Source: Spirochaetia bacterium (GTDB taxonomy: Bacteria > Spirochaetota > Spirochaetia > JABMQR01). Taken from it: a stretch of DNA of 43,374 nucleotides. How positions within the stretch are numbered: position 1 is the stretch's first letter; every line of letters starts with the position of its first letter. The DNA lies in NCBI GenBank assembly GCA_016784705.1, contig JADHUD010000001.1:1-43374 (forward strand), in the 5' to 3' direction. Of this stretch, positions 31,897 to 42,457 are shown in pieces. The notes under the pieces are model-generated. The model was not told the DNA's origin, searched no databases, and worked only from the letters and a program-made list of their open reading frames with translations. Made by a program: the position numbers and the translations under genes.

Positions 31897-34710
31897 ATGT
31901 TCCTGAAGAAAGTTGAGTTGTTTGGTTTTAAATCCTTTGCTGATAGAGTTACTCTTGAGTTTTCCGATGGAATAATCTCTTTATTAGGTCCGAATGGATG
32001 TGGTAAAAGTAATATTGTTGACAGTATTAAATGGGTTTTGGGAGAGCAATCAATAAAAACTCTTCGTGCAGGACAAATGGACGATGTTATATTCAATGGC
32101 ACAGAGTCAAGGAAGCCCTTAAATGTAGCTGAAGTCTCACTTACTATTGCGAATGATTCCGGATATCTTCAGATTGACCTACCAGAAATTGAGATTAAAA
32201 GAAGAATTTACCGCGGTGGAGAAAATGAGTATTTAATAAATAACACTCCCGTCAGACTTAAAGAAATTCGTGAACTTTTTTATGATACAGGAATTGGAAA
32301 GTCATCTTATTCAATTCTGGAACAAGGTAAGATTGATCAGATACTTTCACATAGACCTGAAGATCGCAGATATATATTCGAGGAAGCTGCAGGAATAACA
32401 AGGTATAAACAGAAAAGCGCAGAAGCAGAAAGAAAACTCTTGAAAACTGATGATAATATCAGGCAGGTTGAGAATATACTTCGTGAAGTGCGTAAAACCT
32501 ATGAATCGAGAAAAGTTCAGGCTGAAAAAGCTGCACAATCAAAAAAATTACAGGAATCTATTTATGAGATTGAAGTGGAAGTTCAGCTTTCCCGCATTAA
32601 AGAGTTAAAGCAGAAATATAATGATAAATTTGAAGAGCTGGCGATGATCGGTAAGCAGCACTCTGAGATTAAGGAATTTATTGATAAAACAAATTTAGAA
32701 CTCGAAGAAAATCTTGATGAAATAAACGTTATGTCACGTGAACGTATAGAGATGCAGACGCGTATACATCGTTTAGATGAACTAAAAAACAGTAAAGTAA
32801 ATCAAATATCACTACTTAATGATAGAATTAATGATTTTGAAAAATCGGTTCATGAAGCAAAGGACAGGGGAAGTAATCTGAGGAGTCATATTGAACGTGA
32901 TGAGAATGATATTATTTACAAGCAAAAAGCCCGAAATGATCTTTTAGAAGAAATTGATGGTATTAATCACGAAATTCAAACATTTGAGAATAATGTTTTA
33001 ACAGCTGAAAAACGGATAATCATGAATGAAGATACTATTCAGGAGAATGAACATATTATAGCTCAGGAAGAAAAAAAACAATCTGAATACCGTGATGAGC
33101 TGCTGGTATTAACTGATGCTATTGTTGTTGAATTAGATAAGAAATTAAAGGAATCCGGATACTCATATAAAGAACGCCGTGATCTTGAACTTGAAATTAA
33201 AAATCATACAAAAAATCTTATCATGCGTCTCTCCGGTAAATCCCAGATAGCCGATGATTTTATTAAAACTATTTCGGATACAAGTGAAAAAGTTGAAAAG
33301 TATCTGAAAGACCTGCTCAGTTCAATTGAGCTGACAATTGGCGAAGTTCAGCTTCTTGATACATTAGTATGTTCCTATATTGATATGACACCATCCTTTC
33401 TAGATGAGTTTCTTTCTCCAGAAGGAATTATTACCAGGAAAAGAAAGAATGATGATGCTCTGACAAAATCGCTTGAAACTGTTAAAAATTATGGAAATGA
33501 AATAAAAGACCTTCGCGAGGAGAACAGGCATCTAAACCAGAAACTATCTCAGTATCGCCAGACATTGGAAAACCTTAAAGTTTCCCAGGCTGATATGAAG
33601 GGGCGTGCGGATAGTCTCCATTCACTTGTATCAAACCTTAAAAGATCAGTTCAGGAGCAGGAACTGCTTTTTGAAGACAGCCGGAAAGATATAGACGTCT
33701 CCCTTGAAAGGCTTTCTGAAACAAAGGAAAGAATCAAGCAGACAGAAGATGAACTTTTTACTGTATCAGAAGAAGAAAAAGACCTTCAGCATGAACTTCA
33801 TGCAGTGGTTAATGAAATAGAGAGAAGAAATACTAGTGTTCGTGCACGAAGAGAGGCGGTAAACTCAAAATTCGGGCAGCTCTCTACCTTAACCAGCAGA
33901 ATTGAGAGGCTGAAAGCAGAGCTGGATTCATTGGAACATGAAATTACCTATATATATGATAATTTTGAAGATAGTTACTCCAGAAGTTTGAAAGAGTATG
34001 ATTCAAAGGTGTTTGAGATACGTGATGATATTCAGCAATTACGGCAGAAATTAAAAAATAATAAAATTGAAATGCAGAACCTTGGGTACATTAATCACAT
34101 GGCAGCAGAAGAGTATCTGGAAGTCAAGGAACGGTATGATTTTCTCTCAAGACAAATACAAGATCTGGAACAGGCTAAGAGTAACCTTCACCAGATAACC
34201 GACGAAATAACAACAAAATCCGAGGAATTATTCGCTGCTTGTTATGCAAAATTGAAAGTAAATTTTAATGCTATGTTCAGAAGGCTTTTTGGGGGAGGAA
34301 GGGCAGAATTGAAACTGGTAGACCCTGATGATATACTCCACACAGGAATCGATATCCTTGCACAGCCCCCTGGGAAAAAGTTGGAGAAAATCTCCCTTTT
34401 ATCTGGAGGTGAAAGATCTTTAACTGCAGTAGCGCTTCTTTTTGCAACTTATATGGTTAAACCCTCTCCGTTCTGTATTTTAGATGAGATTGACGCTGCC
34501 CTTGATGATGCAAATATTGCTCACTTTCTGGATGTACTTCAGGAATTCAGTGAGAATTCCCAATTTGTTATAATCACTCACAATAAAAAGACAGTCATGG
34601 GATCTAAGACATTACTAGGTGTTACCATGGAAGAGGCAGGAGTTTCAAAAGCTATCAGTTACAGAATCCAAGATCTTGAAAACGAGGAATCAATTTCCGC
34701 AACTGGTTGA
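31897..34710 (+). CDS. smc: Chromosome partition protein SMC
   Basis: 937 aa with N-terminal Walker A GPNGCGKSN, long coiled coils with a central hinge, a C-terminal signature LSGGERSL and Walker B FCILDEIDAALD. Confidence 0.93.
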   Translation: MFLKKVELFGFKSFADRVTLEFSDGIISLLGPNGCGKSNIVDSIKWVLGEQSIKTLRAGQMDDVIFNGTESRKPLNVAEVSLTIANDSGYLQIDLPEIEIKRRIYRGGENEYLINNTPVRLKEIRELFYDTGIGKSSYSILEQGKIDQILSHRPEDRRYIFEEAAGITRYKQKSAEAERKLLKTDDNIRQVENILREVRKTYESRKVQAEKAAQSKKLQESIYEIEVEVQLSRIKELKQKYNDKFEELAMIGKQHSEIKEFIDKTNLELEENLDEINVMSRERIEMQTRIHRLDELKNSKVNQISLLNDRINDFEKSVHEAKDRGSNLRSHIERDENDIIYKQKARNDLLEEIDGINHEIQTFENNVLTAEKRIIMNEDTIQENEHIIAQEEKKQSEYRDELLVLTDAIVVELDKKLKESGYSYKERRDLELEIKNHTKNLIMRLSGKSQIADDFIKTISDTSEKVEKYLKDLLSSIELTIGEVQLLDTLVCSYIDMTPSFLDEFLSPEGIITRKRKNDDALTKSLETVKNYGNEIKDLREENRHLNQKLSQYRQTLENLKVSQADMKGRADSLHSLVSNLKRSVQEQELLFEDSRKDIDVSLERLSETKERIKQTEDELFTVSEEEKDLQHELHAVVNEIERRNTSVRARREAVNSKFGQLSTLTSRIERLKAELDSLEHEITYIYDNFEDSYSRSLKEYDSKVFEIRDDIQQLRQKLKNNKIEMQNLGYINHMAAEEYLEVKERYDFLSRQIQDLEQAKSNLHQITDEITTKSEELFAACYAKLKVNFNAMFRRLFGGGRAELKLVDPDDILHTGIDILAQPPGKKLEKISLLSGGERSLTAVALLFATYMVKPSPFCILDEIDAALDDANIAHFLDVLQEFSENSQFVIITHNKKTVMGSKTLLGVTMEEAGVSKAISYRIQDLENEESISATG

Positions 34711-34839
34711 CAATCAGCTCGATTATACTGTATAAGTCTTTACGGTAGATAAGTATGTAATTACAAATAAGCCAATTTCATTCGTTCAAGAATTAAACTT
34801 CGTTTGATTCTGATTAAAAGATAATTTTTAAGGATTGAT

Positions 34840-36171
34840 ATGTTTGACAGCATTTCTGATAAATTTACAGACATAATTCGACAAGTTTCCGGAAAAAGTA
34901 AAATAACTGAAAAGAATGTTCAGGAAGCAATTGAAGAAATTAAGATAGCTTTACTCGAAGCTGATGTGAATTTGCGGGTTGTCCGCAGGTTTGTGAATCA
35001 AACATTAGAAGAAGCAAAGGGCGATCAGGTTCTTAAATCTGTCAATCCTGGTCAGCAATTCATAAAAATTGTGTATGACCGTATAGTTAAACTGTTAGGA
35101 GATGAGAAATCAGCCTTAGCGCTAAAAGGCCCTGATACTGTTTCTACAATTCTCATGATGGGACTACAAGGATCTGGTAAAACAACCACTGCTGCAAAAC
35201 TAGCATCGCTTCTTAAAAAAGATGGCAGAAGGCTGCTGCTTGTCGCAGCAGATCTAGTGAGGCCAGCTGCGATTAAACAGCTGGAAATACTTGGTGGACA
35301 GATTGATGTTCCTGTCTATGCTGAGCACGGTGAAAAAAATCCTGAGCACGTTGTCATAAATGCAATTGCTTATGCTAAAAAGAATCTTTTCAATACGGTT
35401 ATTATAGACACCTCCGGACGGATGCATCTGGATAAAGCAATGATGGATGAAATATCAGGAATTAGTAAAATAGCAAAACCTGATGAAACATTATTTGTTG
35501 CAGATGCCATGACGGGTCAAATTGCTGTTTCTGTAGCAAAAGAGTTTGAAGAAAGAGTAGGTATAAGCGGCGTAATACTTAGTAAGTTTGATTCAGATAC
35601 CAGGGGTGGTGCAGCTCTTTCTATCAGAAGTGTTGTGGGAAAACCCATAAAATTTATTGGTGTCGGCGAAAAAATAACTGATCTTGATCCTTTTTATCCT
35701 GATAGAATAGCAAGCAGAATTCTTGGAATGGGAGATGTCGTTTCTCTTGTTGAAAAAGCCCAGGAGACAATGGATATTCAGGAAGCAGAGAAAATGCAGA
35801 AAAAAATGTCATCTGCGACGTTTGACCTGCAGGACTATCTTGAACAAATTCAGAGAATGAATAAAATGGGACCACTGGAAAGTATTATGGAAATGATCCC
35901 GGGGGCAAAAGGGAATTTTTCAGAAGATGATATAAATCAGAAAGAACTTGGACGGGAGCAGGCTATTATTCAGTCTATGACCATTAAGGAAAGGAGCAAT
36001 TTTAGAATTATTGGTCCATCTCGTAGAAAAAGAGTTGCAAAAGGCAGCGGAACATCAGTATATGATGTTAACAGACTGTTAAAAAAATTTGAAAAGATGC
36101 GAACTACTATGAAGAAATTCGCAAAAAATAAGAAATACCAGGAATCCATGCTCAAACAAATGGGCATGTAA
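34840..36171 (+). CDS. ffh: Signal recognition particle protein Ffh
   Basis: N domain, G domain ([19 protein letters not shown]) and a Met-rich C-terminal M domain. Confidence 0.95.
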   Translation: MFDSISDKFTDIIRQVSGKSKITEKNVQEAIEEIKIALLEADVNLRVVRRFVNQTLEEAKGDQVLKSVNPGQQFIKIVYDRIVKLLGDEKSALALKGPDTVSTILMMGLQGSGKTTTAAKLASLLKKDGRRLLLVAADLVRPAAIKQLEILGGQIDVPVYAEHGEKNPEHVVINAIAYAKKNLFNTVIIDTSGRMHLDKAMMDEISGISKIAKPDETLFVADAMTGQIAVSVAKEFEERVGISGVILSKFDSDTRGGAALSIRSVVGKPIKFIGVGEKITDLDPFYPDRIASRILGMGDVVSLVEKAQETMDIQEAEKMQKKMSSATFDLQDYLEQIQRMNKMGPLESIMEMIPGAKGNFSEDDINQKELGREQAIIQSMTIKERSNFRIIGPSRRKRVAKGSGTSVYDVNRLLKKFEKMRTTMKKFAKNKKYQESMLKQMGM

Positions 36172-36194
36172 GTTGGAATGTACAGGAGGTACAG

Positions 36195-36461
36195 GTGAGT
36201 GTAAAAATCAGACTGAAGAGGTTTGGAACAAAAAAGAGACCATATTATAGAATTGTAGTTATGGATTCCCGAGCACCAAGAGACGGAAGGACGTTAGACG
36301 AAGTTGGTCTGTATCATCCGGTTGAACCAGTTGGAAACCAGATTAAATTGGAAACCGATAAAATTAGAGAGTGGATAACAAAAGGTGCTCAACCTACCGC
36401 AACCGTTAAACGAGTTCTTAACAAAAACAGCATTACTCTAGATAGAACAAAACCCGAATAA
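36195..36461 (+). CDS. rpsP: 30S ribosomal protein S16
   Basis: [33 protein letters not shown] start 5 nt after GGAGG. Confidence 0.95.
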   Translation: MSVKIRLKRFGTKKRPYYRIVVMDSRAPRDGRTLDEVGLYHPVEPVGNQIKLETDKIREWITKGAQPTATVKRVLNKNSITLDRTKPE

Positions 36462-36475
36462 TCGGAGGAAGCATA

Positions 36476-36709
36476 ATGGAAAAAGATCTCGTCGAATATA
36501 TAGCAAAGTCACTGGTTGATGAACCTGATGGAGTTGTTGTTAATGTGATAGAAGGTGAAAAGTCCACAATTCTTGAACTCCGGGTTGCACAGGATGATAT
36601 AGGAAAAGTGATTGGTAAACATGGCCGGATAGCTAAAGCTGTTAGAACTATTTTAAGCGCTTCAGCGACAAAGACCGGAAAACGAGTAGTTCTCGAAATT
36701 CTGGATTAA
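36476..36709 (+). CDS. KH-domain RNA-binding protein (YlqC-like)
   Basis: 77 aa with [19 protein letters not shown] (GxxG KH motif), in the conserved position between rpsP and rimM. Confidence 0.88.
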   Translation: MEKDLVEYIAKSLVDEPDGVVVNVIEGEKSTILELRVAQDDIGKVIGKHGRIAKAVRTILSASATKTGKRVVLEILD

Positions 36710-37206
36710 TGGAGTATTTAACGACAGGTGTCATTCGCACCTCGCATGGGTTGAAGGGATTTGTTTCTGTTCATGTTTTTTCTGAAACACATGCATATTT
36801 AAAAAAAATAAAGCAAGTAGTACTGAAGAACGGCACTATTGAGAAGCAGGCGGAAATTGAGACCATGCAGTTATCGGGCGGAAATGTGTTCATTAAATTT
36901 TCGCATATCAATACACCTGAAGAGGGCAGAAAATATAATGGATGGGAAGTTTGTATTCCCAGAGAGCTGAGCCCAGCACTTAAAGAAAATGAATTTTATC
37001 AGGCGGATATTATTGGTTGCTGCGTCTATTTTAAAGAGACAATAGTTGGTGATATTATTTCGGTAATTGATGGAGCACAGGCACCGTTAATTGAGATTAA
37101 GACTGAAAAAGGTACACATCTTGTGCCTTTTCTCGAACAATATATCGGTTTAGTGAGTATACCGGAAAAAAGAGTTGAATTAAAAGTAGACTGGATTTTA
37201 GTATGA
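36709..37206 (+). CDS. rimM: 16S rRNA processing protein RimM
   Basis: G.I...HGLKGFV N-terminus, a C-terminal PRC-barrel-like half, and the conserved rpsP-rimM-trmD-rplS context. Confidence 0.88.
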   Translation: MEYLTTGVIRTSHGLKGFVSVHVFSETHAYLKKIKQVVLKNGTIEKQAEIETMQLSGGNVFIKFSHINTPEEGRKYNGWEVCIPRELSPALKENEFYQADIIGCCVYFKETIVGDIISVIDGAQAPLIEIKTEKGTHLVPFLEQYIGLVSIPEKRVELKVDWILV

Positions 37207-37958
37207 CTTTTACGATTCTTTCACTATTTCCTGACATTTTGGATGGTTTTTTTACCAATTCAATAATGGCGAAATCAATTGAGAAAGGTGATATATCATA
37301 TAACTTGATTGATTTTCGGGAATTTTCTACAGATAAGCATCGTACATGTGATGACGCTCCCTATGGTGGTGGGGCGGGAATGGTTATCAAACCGGAACCA
37401 CTTGCACAAGCACTTGAAGAAATTGGTGCAGAAAATAAAAGGGTTATTTATCTCAGCCCTTCCGGAAAAACATTTACTCAGAAGTATGCTGAAGAACTTT
37501 CAGTTGAAAAAGAGCTTGTATTTATCTGTGGGAGATATGAGGGGATTGACCAAAGAATTATAGATCGTTATGTTGACGATGAGATTTGTATCGGTGATTA
37601 TGTTATTTCATCCGGCGAAGTCGCTGCATTAGTAGTTGTTGATGCAGTTTATCGCTTAATAGAGGGTGTTATAAATGAGGAATCCTTAAAAGAAGAGAGT
37701 TTTTCAAATGGTCTTCTTGAATATCCTCATTATACAAGACCATATGAGTATTGCGGAATGAAAGTTCCTGATATATTATTATCCGGAAATCATTCTGAAA
37801 TAGCTAAATGGCGTTTACAAAAAAGACTGGAAAAGACTTTAGCGTACAGGCCAGATTTAATAGATAGAGCAGTGTTGAGTGATAAAGAGATCAATCTGCT
37901 GAATAAATTGAAAAAAAACCAGGATTCCGAAGGGGTAACAAAAAATGGATGTAATTAG
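37203..37958 (+). CDS. trmD: tRNA (guanine37-N1)-methyltransferase TrmD
   Basis: [39 protein letters not shown], and [10 protein letters not shown] motifs. Confidence 0.95.
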   Translation: MTFTILSLFPDILDGFFTNSIMAKSIEKGDISYNLIDFREFSTDKHRTCDDAPYGGGAGMVIKPEPLAQALEEIGAENKRVIYLSPSGKTFTQKYAEELSVEKELVFICGRYEGIDQRIIDRYVDDEICIGDYVISSGEVAALVVVDAVYRLIEGVINEESLKEESFSNGLLEYPHYTRPYEYCGMKVPDILLSGNHSEIAKWRLQKRLEKTLAYRPDLIDRAVLSDKEINLLNKLKKNQDSEGVTKNGCN

Positions 37959-38313
37959 AGCAATCGAATTAGAACAGCAAAAAGAGAATGTACAGAATTT
38001 TAGAATTGGAGATACTATTAAGATATATTTCAAAATTATTGAGGGCCAGACTGAAAGGGTTCAGATATACGAAGGTCTTGTTATAGCAATGAATAACGGC
38101 AGTTCCAGAAAAACTATGACAGTCCGTAAAATGTCTTATGGTGTTGGCGTTGAAAGAATATTTCCAATGCATTCTCCCAGAATTGAGAAAATTGAAGTTG
38201 TAAGAAAGGGTCGGGTAAGACGTGCAAAACTTTACTATATTCGGGATCGTGTTGGAAAAGCAGCAAAAGTTCGTGAACTTATTAAAAGAAAAAGTACTTC
38301 TGCTGTAAAATAA
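37945..38313 (+). CDS. rplS: 50S ribosomal protein L19
   Basis: [64 protein letters not shown]. Confidence 0.95.
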   Translation: MDVIRAIELEQQKENVQNFRIGDTIKIYFKIIEGQTERVQIYEGLVIAMNNGSSRKTMTVRKMSYGVGVERIFPMHSPRIEKIEVVRKGRVRRAKLYYIRDRVGKAAKVRELIKRKSTSAVK

Positions 38314-38344
38314 AGAATTTAACGATTATAAAGTGATTTCAAGT

Positions 38345-38384
38345 AAAAAAAGCGGAGAAGAATGAATTTTTTCCGCTTTTTTTT
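38345..38384 (+). terminator. Rho-independent terminator after rplS
   Basis: Stem AGCGGA (38351-38356) / TCCGCT (38372-38377) flanked by an A-run and followed by a T-run ending at 38384. Confidence 0.75.
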
Positions 38385-38392
38385 ATGTTAAT

Positions 38393-38752
38393 ATGTATAT
38401 GACAACTATAGAAAAAGGTAAATTCGGAGAGCAGAAAGCAGAGGCTTATCTTGTTACTATCGGATATAAGATTTTAACAAGAAATTATCGTCAAAAATAT
38501 GGTGAAATTGATATTATTGCTGAAGAGCTTGGAACAGCTGGCAGTACGATAGTATTTTTTGAAGTTAAAACCTGGGAAAATTTTACCATTTTGGATTTAG
38601 AATACTCAATTAACTATAAAAAACAGTACAAGATAAAGAAAACTTCATATAATTATCTTTATACAAACGTGGCAAAAAGCTATAAATATATTCGGTATGA
38701 TGTTATATTAATTCAGAATGACACAATACACCATATTAAAGGAGCCTTCTGA
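38393..38752 (+). CDS. yraN: YraN-family (UPF0102) endonuclease-like protein
   Basis: GKFGEQKAEAYL...GYKIL.RNYR...GEIDIIAEE....VFFEVKT. This is a restriction-endonuclease-like fold signature. Confidence 0.85.
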   Translation: MYMTTIEKGKFGEQKAEAYLVTIGYKILTRNYRQKYGEIDIIAEELGTAGSTIVFFEVKTWENFTILDLEYSINYKKQYKIKKTSYNYLYTNVAKSYKYIRYDVILIQNDTIHHIKGAF

Positions 38753-39167
38753 GTTGGATGAAAAAAACCTTGATGAGATAAAAAACCCTGAAGTAAAAAG
38801 CAGGAACAGAAATCGCAATAGAAAAAATTTTAGAAAACCAAAAATTAAAAAACAGAAATTACCCTCTGTAAACTGTTCAATTTGCGGCAAGGTAATAGAT
38901 ACCATAGCTCAAACCATTGGGGGACCGGCAAAAGATGAGTTTTCTCATTTCGATTGTGCTATCAGAACTTTATCAGAAAATGAAAATCTAAAATCTGATC
39001 AGAAAATTTGTTATATAGGAAATGGCGATTTTGCTATAATTGAGTACAATAAAAAGAACTTCTCTGGAGGCTTTTCTGTTGTTAAAAGAATATCCTATGA
39101 AAACCAGGAAATGAAAACTTCTGTTAAAAAACTTGTTTCTGACCGAAAAAGAACGGCAAGGATTTAA
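38718..39167 (+). CDS. Hypothetical protein with a basic N-terminal tract and a CxxC...HxxC motif
   Basis: 149-codon ORF with KSRNRNRNRKNFRKPKIKKQK, then CSICGKVID...SHFDCAI. It overlaps the yraN 3' end by 35 nt. An alternative TTG start at 38753 follows AAAGGAG. No family recognised. Confidence 0.5.
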   Translation: MTQYTILKEPSELDEKNLDEIKNPEVKSRNRNRNRKNFRKPKIKKQKLPSVNCSICGKVIDTIAQTIGGPAKDEFSHFDCAIRTLSENENLKSDQKICYIGNGDFAIIEYNKKNFSGGFSVVKRISYENQEMKTSVKKLVSDRKRTARI

Positions 39168-39178
39168 GAAGGTACTGT

Positions 39179-39664
39179 ATGACAATGATAAAAGCTATGC
39201 TGCCAGGTACGTTCGACCCCCCAACAAATGGCCATTTAAATTTGATTGAAAGGGCTGCAGCTATTTTTGATAAACTCTATGTAATTATTGCAGATAATTA
39301 CGCAAAAAGTTGTACTTTCAGTATTGATGAGAGAAAATCAATGCTTCAGCACTTGCTCATGCATCATACAAATATTACAGTACTCTCCTGGGATAGGATG
39401 ATTGTTGATTTTGCTCGTGAATATGACGTGAAAGTGATGTTGAGAGGAGTCAGAGCATTGGCAGATTTCAGTTATGAATTTGAACTTGCAATGACTAATA
39501 AACAACTAAATCCTGATATAGAAATATTTTTTATGCCTACTGATCCACAATATTTTGTTCTTCGTTCATCGGCTATTAAAGAATTGGCTGCTTTCGGGGC
39601 AGATATTTCAAAAATGGTACCTCCAGAAGTTGCCGATTTGCTTAGTAAAAAGATTAAAAAATGA
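39179..39664 (+). CDS. coaD: Phosphopantetheine adenylyltransferase
   Basis: The GTFDPPTNGHLNLIERA nucleotidyltransferase motif, RGVRA..DFEYE, and a length of 161 aa. Confidence 0.93.
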   Translation: MTMIKAMLPGTFDPPTNGHLNLIERAAAIFDKLYVIIADNYAKSCTFSIDERKSMLQHLLMHHTNITVLSWDRMIVDFAREYDVKVMLRGVRALADFSYEFELAMTNKQLNPDIEIFFMPTDPQYFVLRSSAIKELAAFGADISKMVPPEVADLLSKKIKK

Positions 39665-39683
39665 TGTTTTTAAATTGTCTTAG

Positions 39684-39712
39684 TTGACATTAACCTGCTA
39701 TTAAGGTAATGT
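39684..39712 (+). promoter_or_regulatory. Putative sigma-70 promoter of rpmF-acpP-rnc
   Basis: TTGACA (39684-39689), a 17-nt spacer, then TAATGT (39707-39712). Confidence 0.5.
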
Positions 39713-39747
39713 CTTTTGACTGATAACGATTAATAAGAGGTTAAGAA

Positions 39748-39936
39748 ATGGCAGTTCCAAAATATAAAACTTCTAAAGCAAAATCTCGATCGAGAAGATC
39801 AATCAATATGAAACTAACCGCTCCGAATTTGGTTGAGTGCGGTACTTGTGGAAACAGGGTTCTTCCTCACAGAGTTTGTCCCAAATGCGGTTTTTACCGT
39901 GGACAGCAGGTTTTGAATCTTGAAGATATTGGTTAA
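39748..39936 (+). CDS. rpmF: 50S ribosomal protein L32
   Basis: [17 protein letters not shown] plus the CxxC...CxxC zinc ribbon (CGTCGN...CPKCG). Confidence 0.95.
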   Translation: MAVPKYKTSKAKSRSRRSINMKLTAPNLVECGTCGNRVLPHRVCPKCGFYRGQQVLNLEDIG

Positions 39937-39958
39937 TCATTAATAAGGAGATTAAGTT

Positions 39959-40192
39959 ATGGATGACCTTTTTGCTAAAATGAAAACATTAATTGCAGAG
40001 AAACTGGAAATTGATGAAGAAACAATTGCCTTAGACTCTTCCTTTCGGAAAGATCTAGGAGCTGATAGTCTTGATACATACGAACTTGTATATGCTATCG
40101 AAGAAGAGATGGGAATCACTATTCCCGATGAAAAAGCTAATGAATTTGAAACTGTAAAGGATGCTGTAGACTATTTGAAATCACAGCTTTAA
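39959..40192 (+). CDS. acpP: Acyl carrier protein
   Basis: 77 aa with the LGADSLDTYELV phosphopantetheine-attachment motif. Confidence 0.93.
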   Translation: MDDLFAKMKTLIAEKLEIDEETIALDSSFRKDLGADSLDTYELVYAIEEEMGITIPDEKANEFETVKDAVDYLKSQL

Positions 40193-40202
40193 TTTACAGG
40201 CA

Positions 40203-40961
40203 ATGTCATTTATCAATGAAAAACGGCTTGCGTCCTGTCCAGATGTTGATACTGGCAGAAAACGCGAGCTGTTATTGTTTGAAAAGCATGCAGGTATAAA
40301 ATTCAAAAGGATTCAGCTTCTGAACCTTGCTTTTTCACACAGATCATTTTCTAATGAATATCAGGGCTCTATTGAAAATAATGAGAAACTCGAATTTTTA
40401 GGTGATAGTGTTCTTGGCATGGTGGTTAGTGAATATTTGTTTATTCAGTTTGCTTCTATGGATGAGGGAGACTTTGCACGCATAAAGTCTTTTGTTGTTA
40501 GTGAAGAGAGCCTTTCTGAAATTGCAAAGAGATTAAAAGTTGATAATTTTATTCTAATCGGAAAAGGTGAAGAATACTCTGGCGGACGAAATAAGAAAGC
40601 TATTTTAGCTGATTGTCTCGAAGCGATAATAGGTGCTTATTATCTTGATTCGGGATTGAAAGCGGTTAGATTGTTCATACTGGACAGTTTGATTCCTGAA
40701 ATCAATAAAGTTTTAGAAAATAAGCATAAAAAGGATTACAAAACTCTTTTGCAGGAATTTGTACAAAAAAATTTTAAATCATATCCCAAATATGCACTTA
40801 TCAAAAATACCGGCCCTGATCATGATAAGATCTTTTGGATTGAGGTAGAAGTGGATGGGAATTCCTATGGACCCGGAAAGGGTAAAAATAAGAAAGAAGC
40901 TGAACAAATTGCCGCAGGAATAGCATATAAAAGTATTATTTCTAAGAAACCGTCTGTCTAA
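40203..40961 (+). CDS. rnc: Ribonuclease III
   Basis: The RNase III signature NEKLEFLGDSVLG, a catalytic ADCLEAIIGA segment, and a C-terminal dsRBD (KDYKTLLQEF..GKGKNKKEAEQIAA). Confidence 0.95.
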   Translation: MSFINEKRLASCPDVDTGRKRELLLFEKHAGIKFKRIQLLNLAFSHRSFSNEYQGSIENNEKLEFLGDSVLGMVVSEYLFIQFASMDEGDFARIKSFVVSEESLSEIAKRLKVDNFILIGKGEEYSGGRNKKAILADCLEAIIGAYYLDSGLKAVRLFILDSLIPEINKVLENKHKKDYKTLLQEFVQKNFKSYPKYALIKNTGPDHDKIFWIEVEVDGNSYGPGKGKNKKEAEQIAAGIAYKSIISKKPSV

Positions 40962-42361
40962 GTCTTTTCTGTAAGATAATACATTTCATTCATCTTAATT
41001 GCTATTTTGATTAACGTATCTTTTCTATTAAGTGAAGGGTCATCAATAACTGACTCTAACAGAAGTTTGAGAATAGTACCTATGGCAGGACCTTCTTTTA
41101 TACCGGCTTTAATTAAAATTTTTCCATTAACTGCTAAGTCTGAGATTCTGAGTGCAGCATTCTCAATCAATAAAGAATTTACACGTTCAATAAGTTCAGT
41201 AAGCAATGGTTTCTGAAAGTACATTCCTGTAGAACCATAAAAATCTGCTTCACGCAGAAGTATGAGGTTGTGTATGTAATCAGTTCCAATCCGACTGACA
41301 AATCTTCTTACAGCTGCATCAGACCACTCAGCTGTATAATTAAACATATGATTACTAATGAGATGAACAACTTCTTTACGGAATTGGTTAGAAAATTTCA
41401 GCCTTCTCAGCAACTTGTCAGCTTTTGCAGCTGAAACCTTATCATGTCCATGAAAAATAATTTTATTTTTTTCTAAATCATAATGTTCTGTATCAGGTTT
41501 CCCTACATCATGCAGAAGTGCAGCCCATCTCACAATCGCGTTTGATTGCGGGGCTCCATCACAGCTTTGGCATAAATGCTGAAATGTATCAATATTGTTA
41601 GTTCCTTTTGAACCTACACCTTTACAAGCTGTTAGTTCTGGAAGCAAATATTCCAGCAGGTTATATTTTTCCATGGTTAATAGAGTTTTTGAAGGGTAGG
41701 GAACAGCGAGAATTTTATGTAACTCCTCCTGAATCCTTTCAAAAGAAACATGTGCAATTTTTGAACTGCAGGACTGTATTGCGGTAATAGTTCTTTCGTC
41801 AATGGAAAAACCCAGTACCGCTGAAAATCTGAATGCACGCAGCATTCTTAGGCTGTCTTCATTAAAGCGAGCTGCGGGGTCACCTATAGCCCTGACAATC
41901 TTGTTTTTAAGGTCGGAAAAACCATGATGATTATCCAGCAGCTCAAGTGTTAATGTATTAACTGCGAGAGCGTTTATCGTAAAATCACGCCGCATTAAAT
42001 CATCAGCTATGCTTCCGATAAAGGTTACTTCATCAGGATGCCTGGAATTTGAGTATGTACTTTCAGATCTGAATGTAGTGACCTCAAATCTCTCTCCCAT
42101 GAATACAACAGTTATCGTACCATGTTCTATCCCTGTAGGAATAGTAATCTTGAAAAGTGCAGATACTTGTTCAGGTAAAGCATTTGTTGCAAAATCGTAA
42201 TCTTTAACAGGTTTACCAATATAATAATCTCTGACAGCTCCGCCGACAATGTATAATTCAAAAGAGTTTTTATGAAATATATCTGCAAAACTTTTAATTC
42301 TTTCCGGTAACTTAAAGGGTTTCATTACAAACAGATAAACATTGGCTGGTATTCTTGTCAA
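40958..42361 (-). CDS. cca: tRNA nucleotidyltransferase (CCA-adding enzyme / poly(A) polymerase family) with HD domain
   Basis: The class-II nucleotidyltransferase head YIVGGAVRDYYIGKPVKDYDFAT, RDFTINALA, and a C-terminal HD motif (ALLHDVGK). The CCA versus poly(A) specificity cannot be decided from sequence by eye. Confidence 0.8.
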   Translation of the reverse strand: MTRIPANVYLFVMKPFKLPERIKSFADIFHKNSFELYIVGGAVRDYYIGKPVKDYDFATNALPEQVSALFKITIPTGIEHGTITVVFMGERFEVTTFRSESTYSNSRHPDEVTFIGSIADDLMRRDFTINALAVNTLTLELLDNHHGFSDLKNKIVRAIGDPAARFNEDSLRMLRAFRFSAVLGFSIDERTITAIQSCSSKIAHVSFERIQEELHKILAVPYPSKTLLTMEKYNLLEYLLPELTACKGVGSKGTNNIDTFQHLCQSCDGAPQSNAIVRWAALLHDVGKPDTEHYDLEKNKIIFHGHDKVSAAKADKLLRRLKFSNQFRKEVVHLISNHMFNYTAEWSDAAVRRFVSRIGTDYIHNLILLREADFYGSTGMYFQKPLLTELIERVNSLLIENAALRISDLAVNGKILIKAGIKEGPAIGTILKLLLESVIDDPSLNRKDTLIKIAIKMNEMYYLTEKT

Positions 42362-42457
42362 TACCGATTGATAATAATAGCTAGAATAGATATATTGTGT
42401 AATAAAATAAGATAATTTCCTGAAGACCTCGTTTATTATTATCTGTAGGAGGATGTA

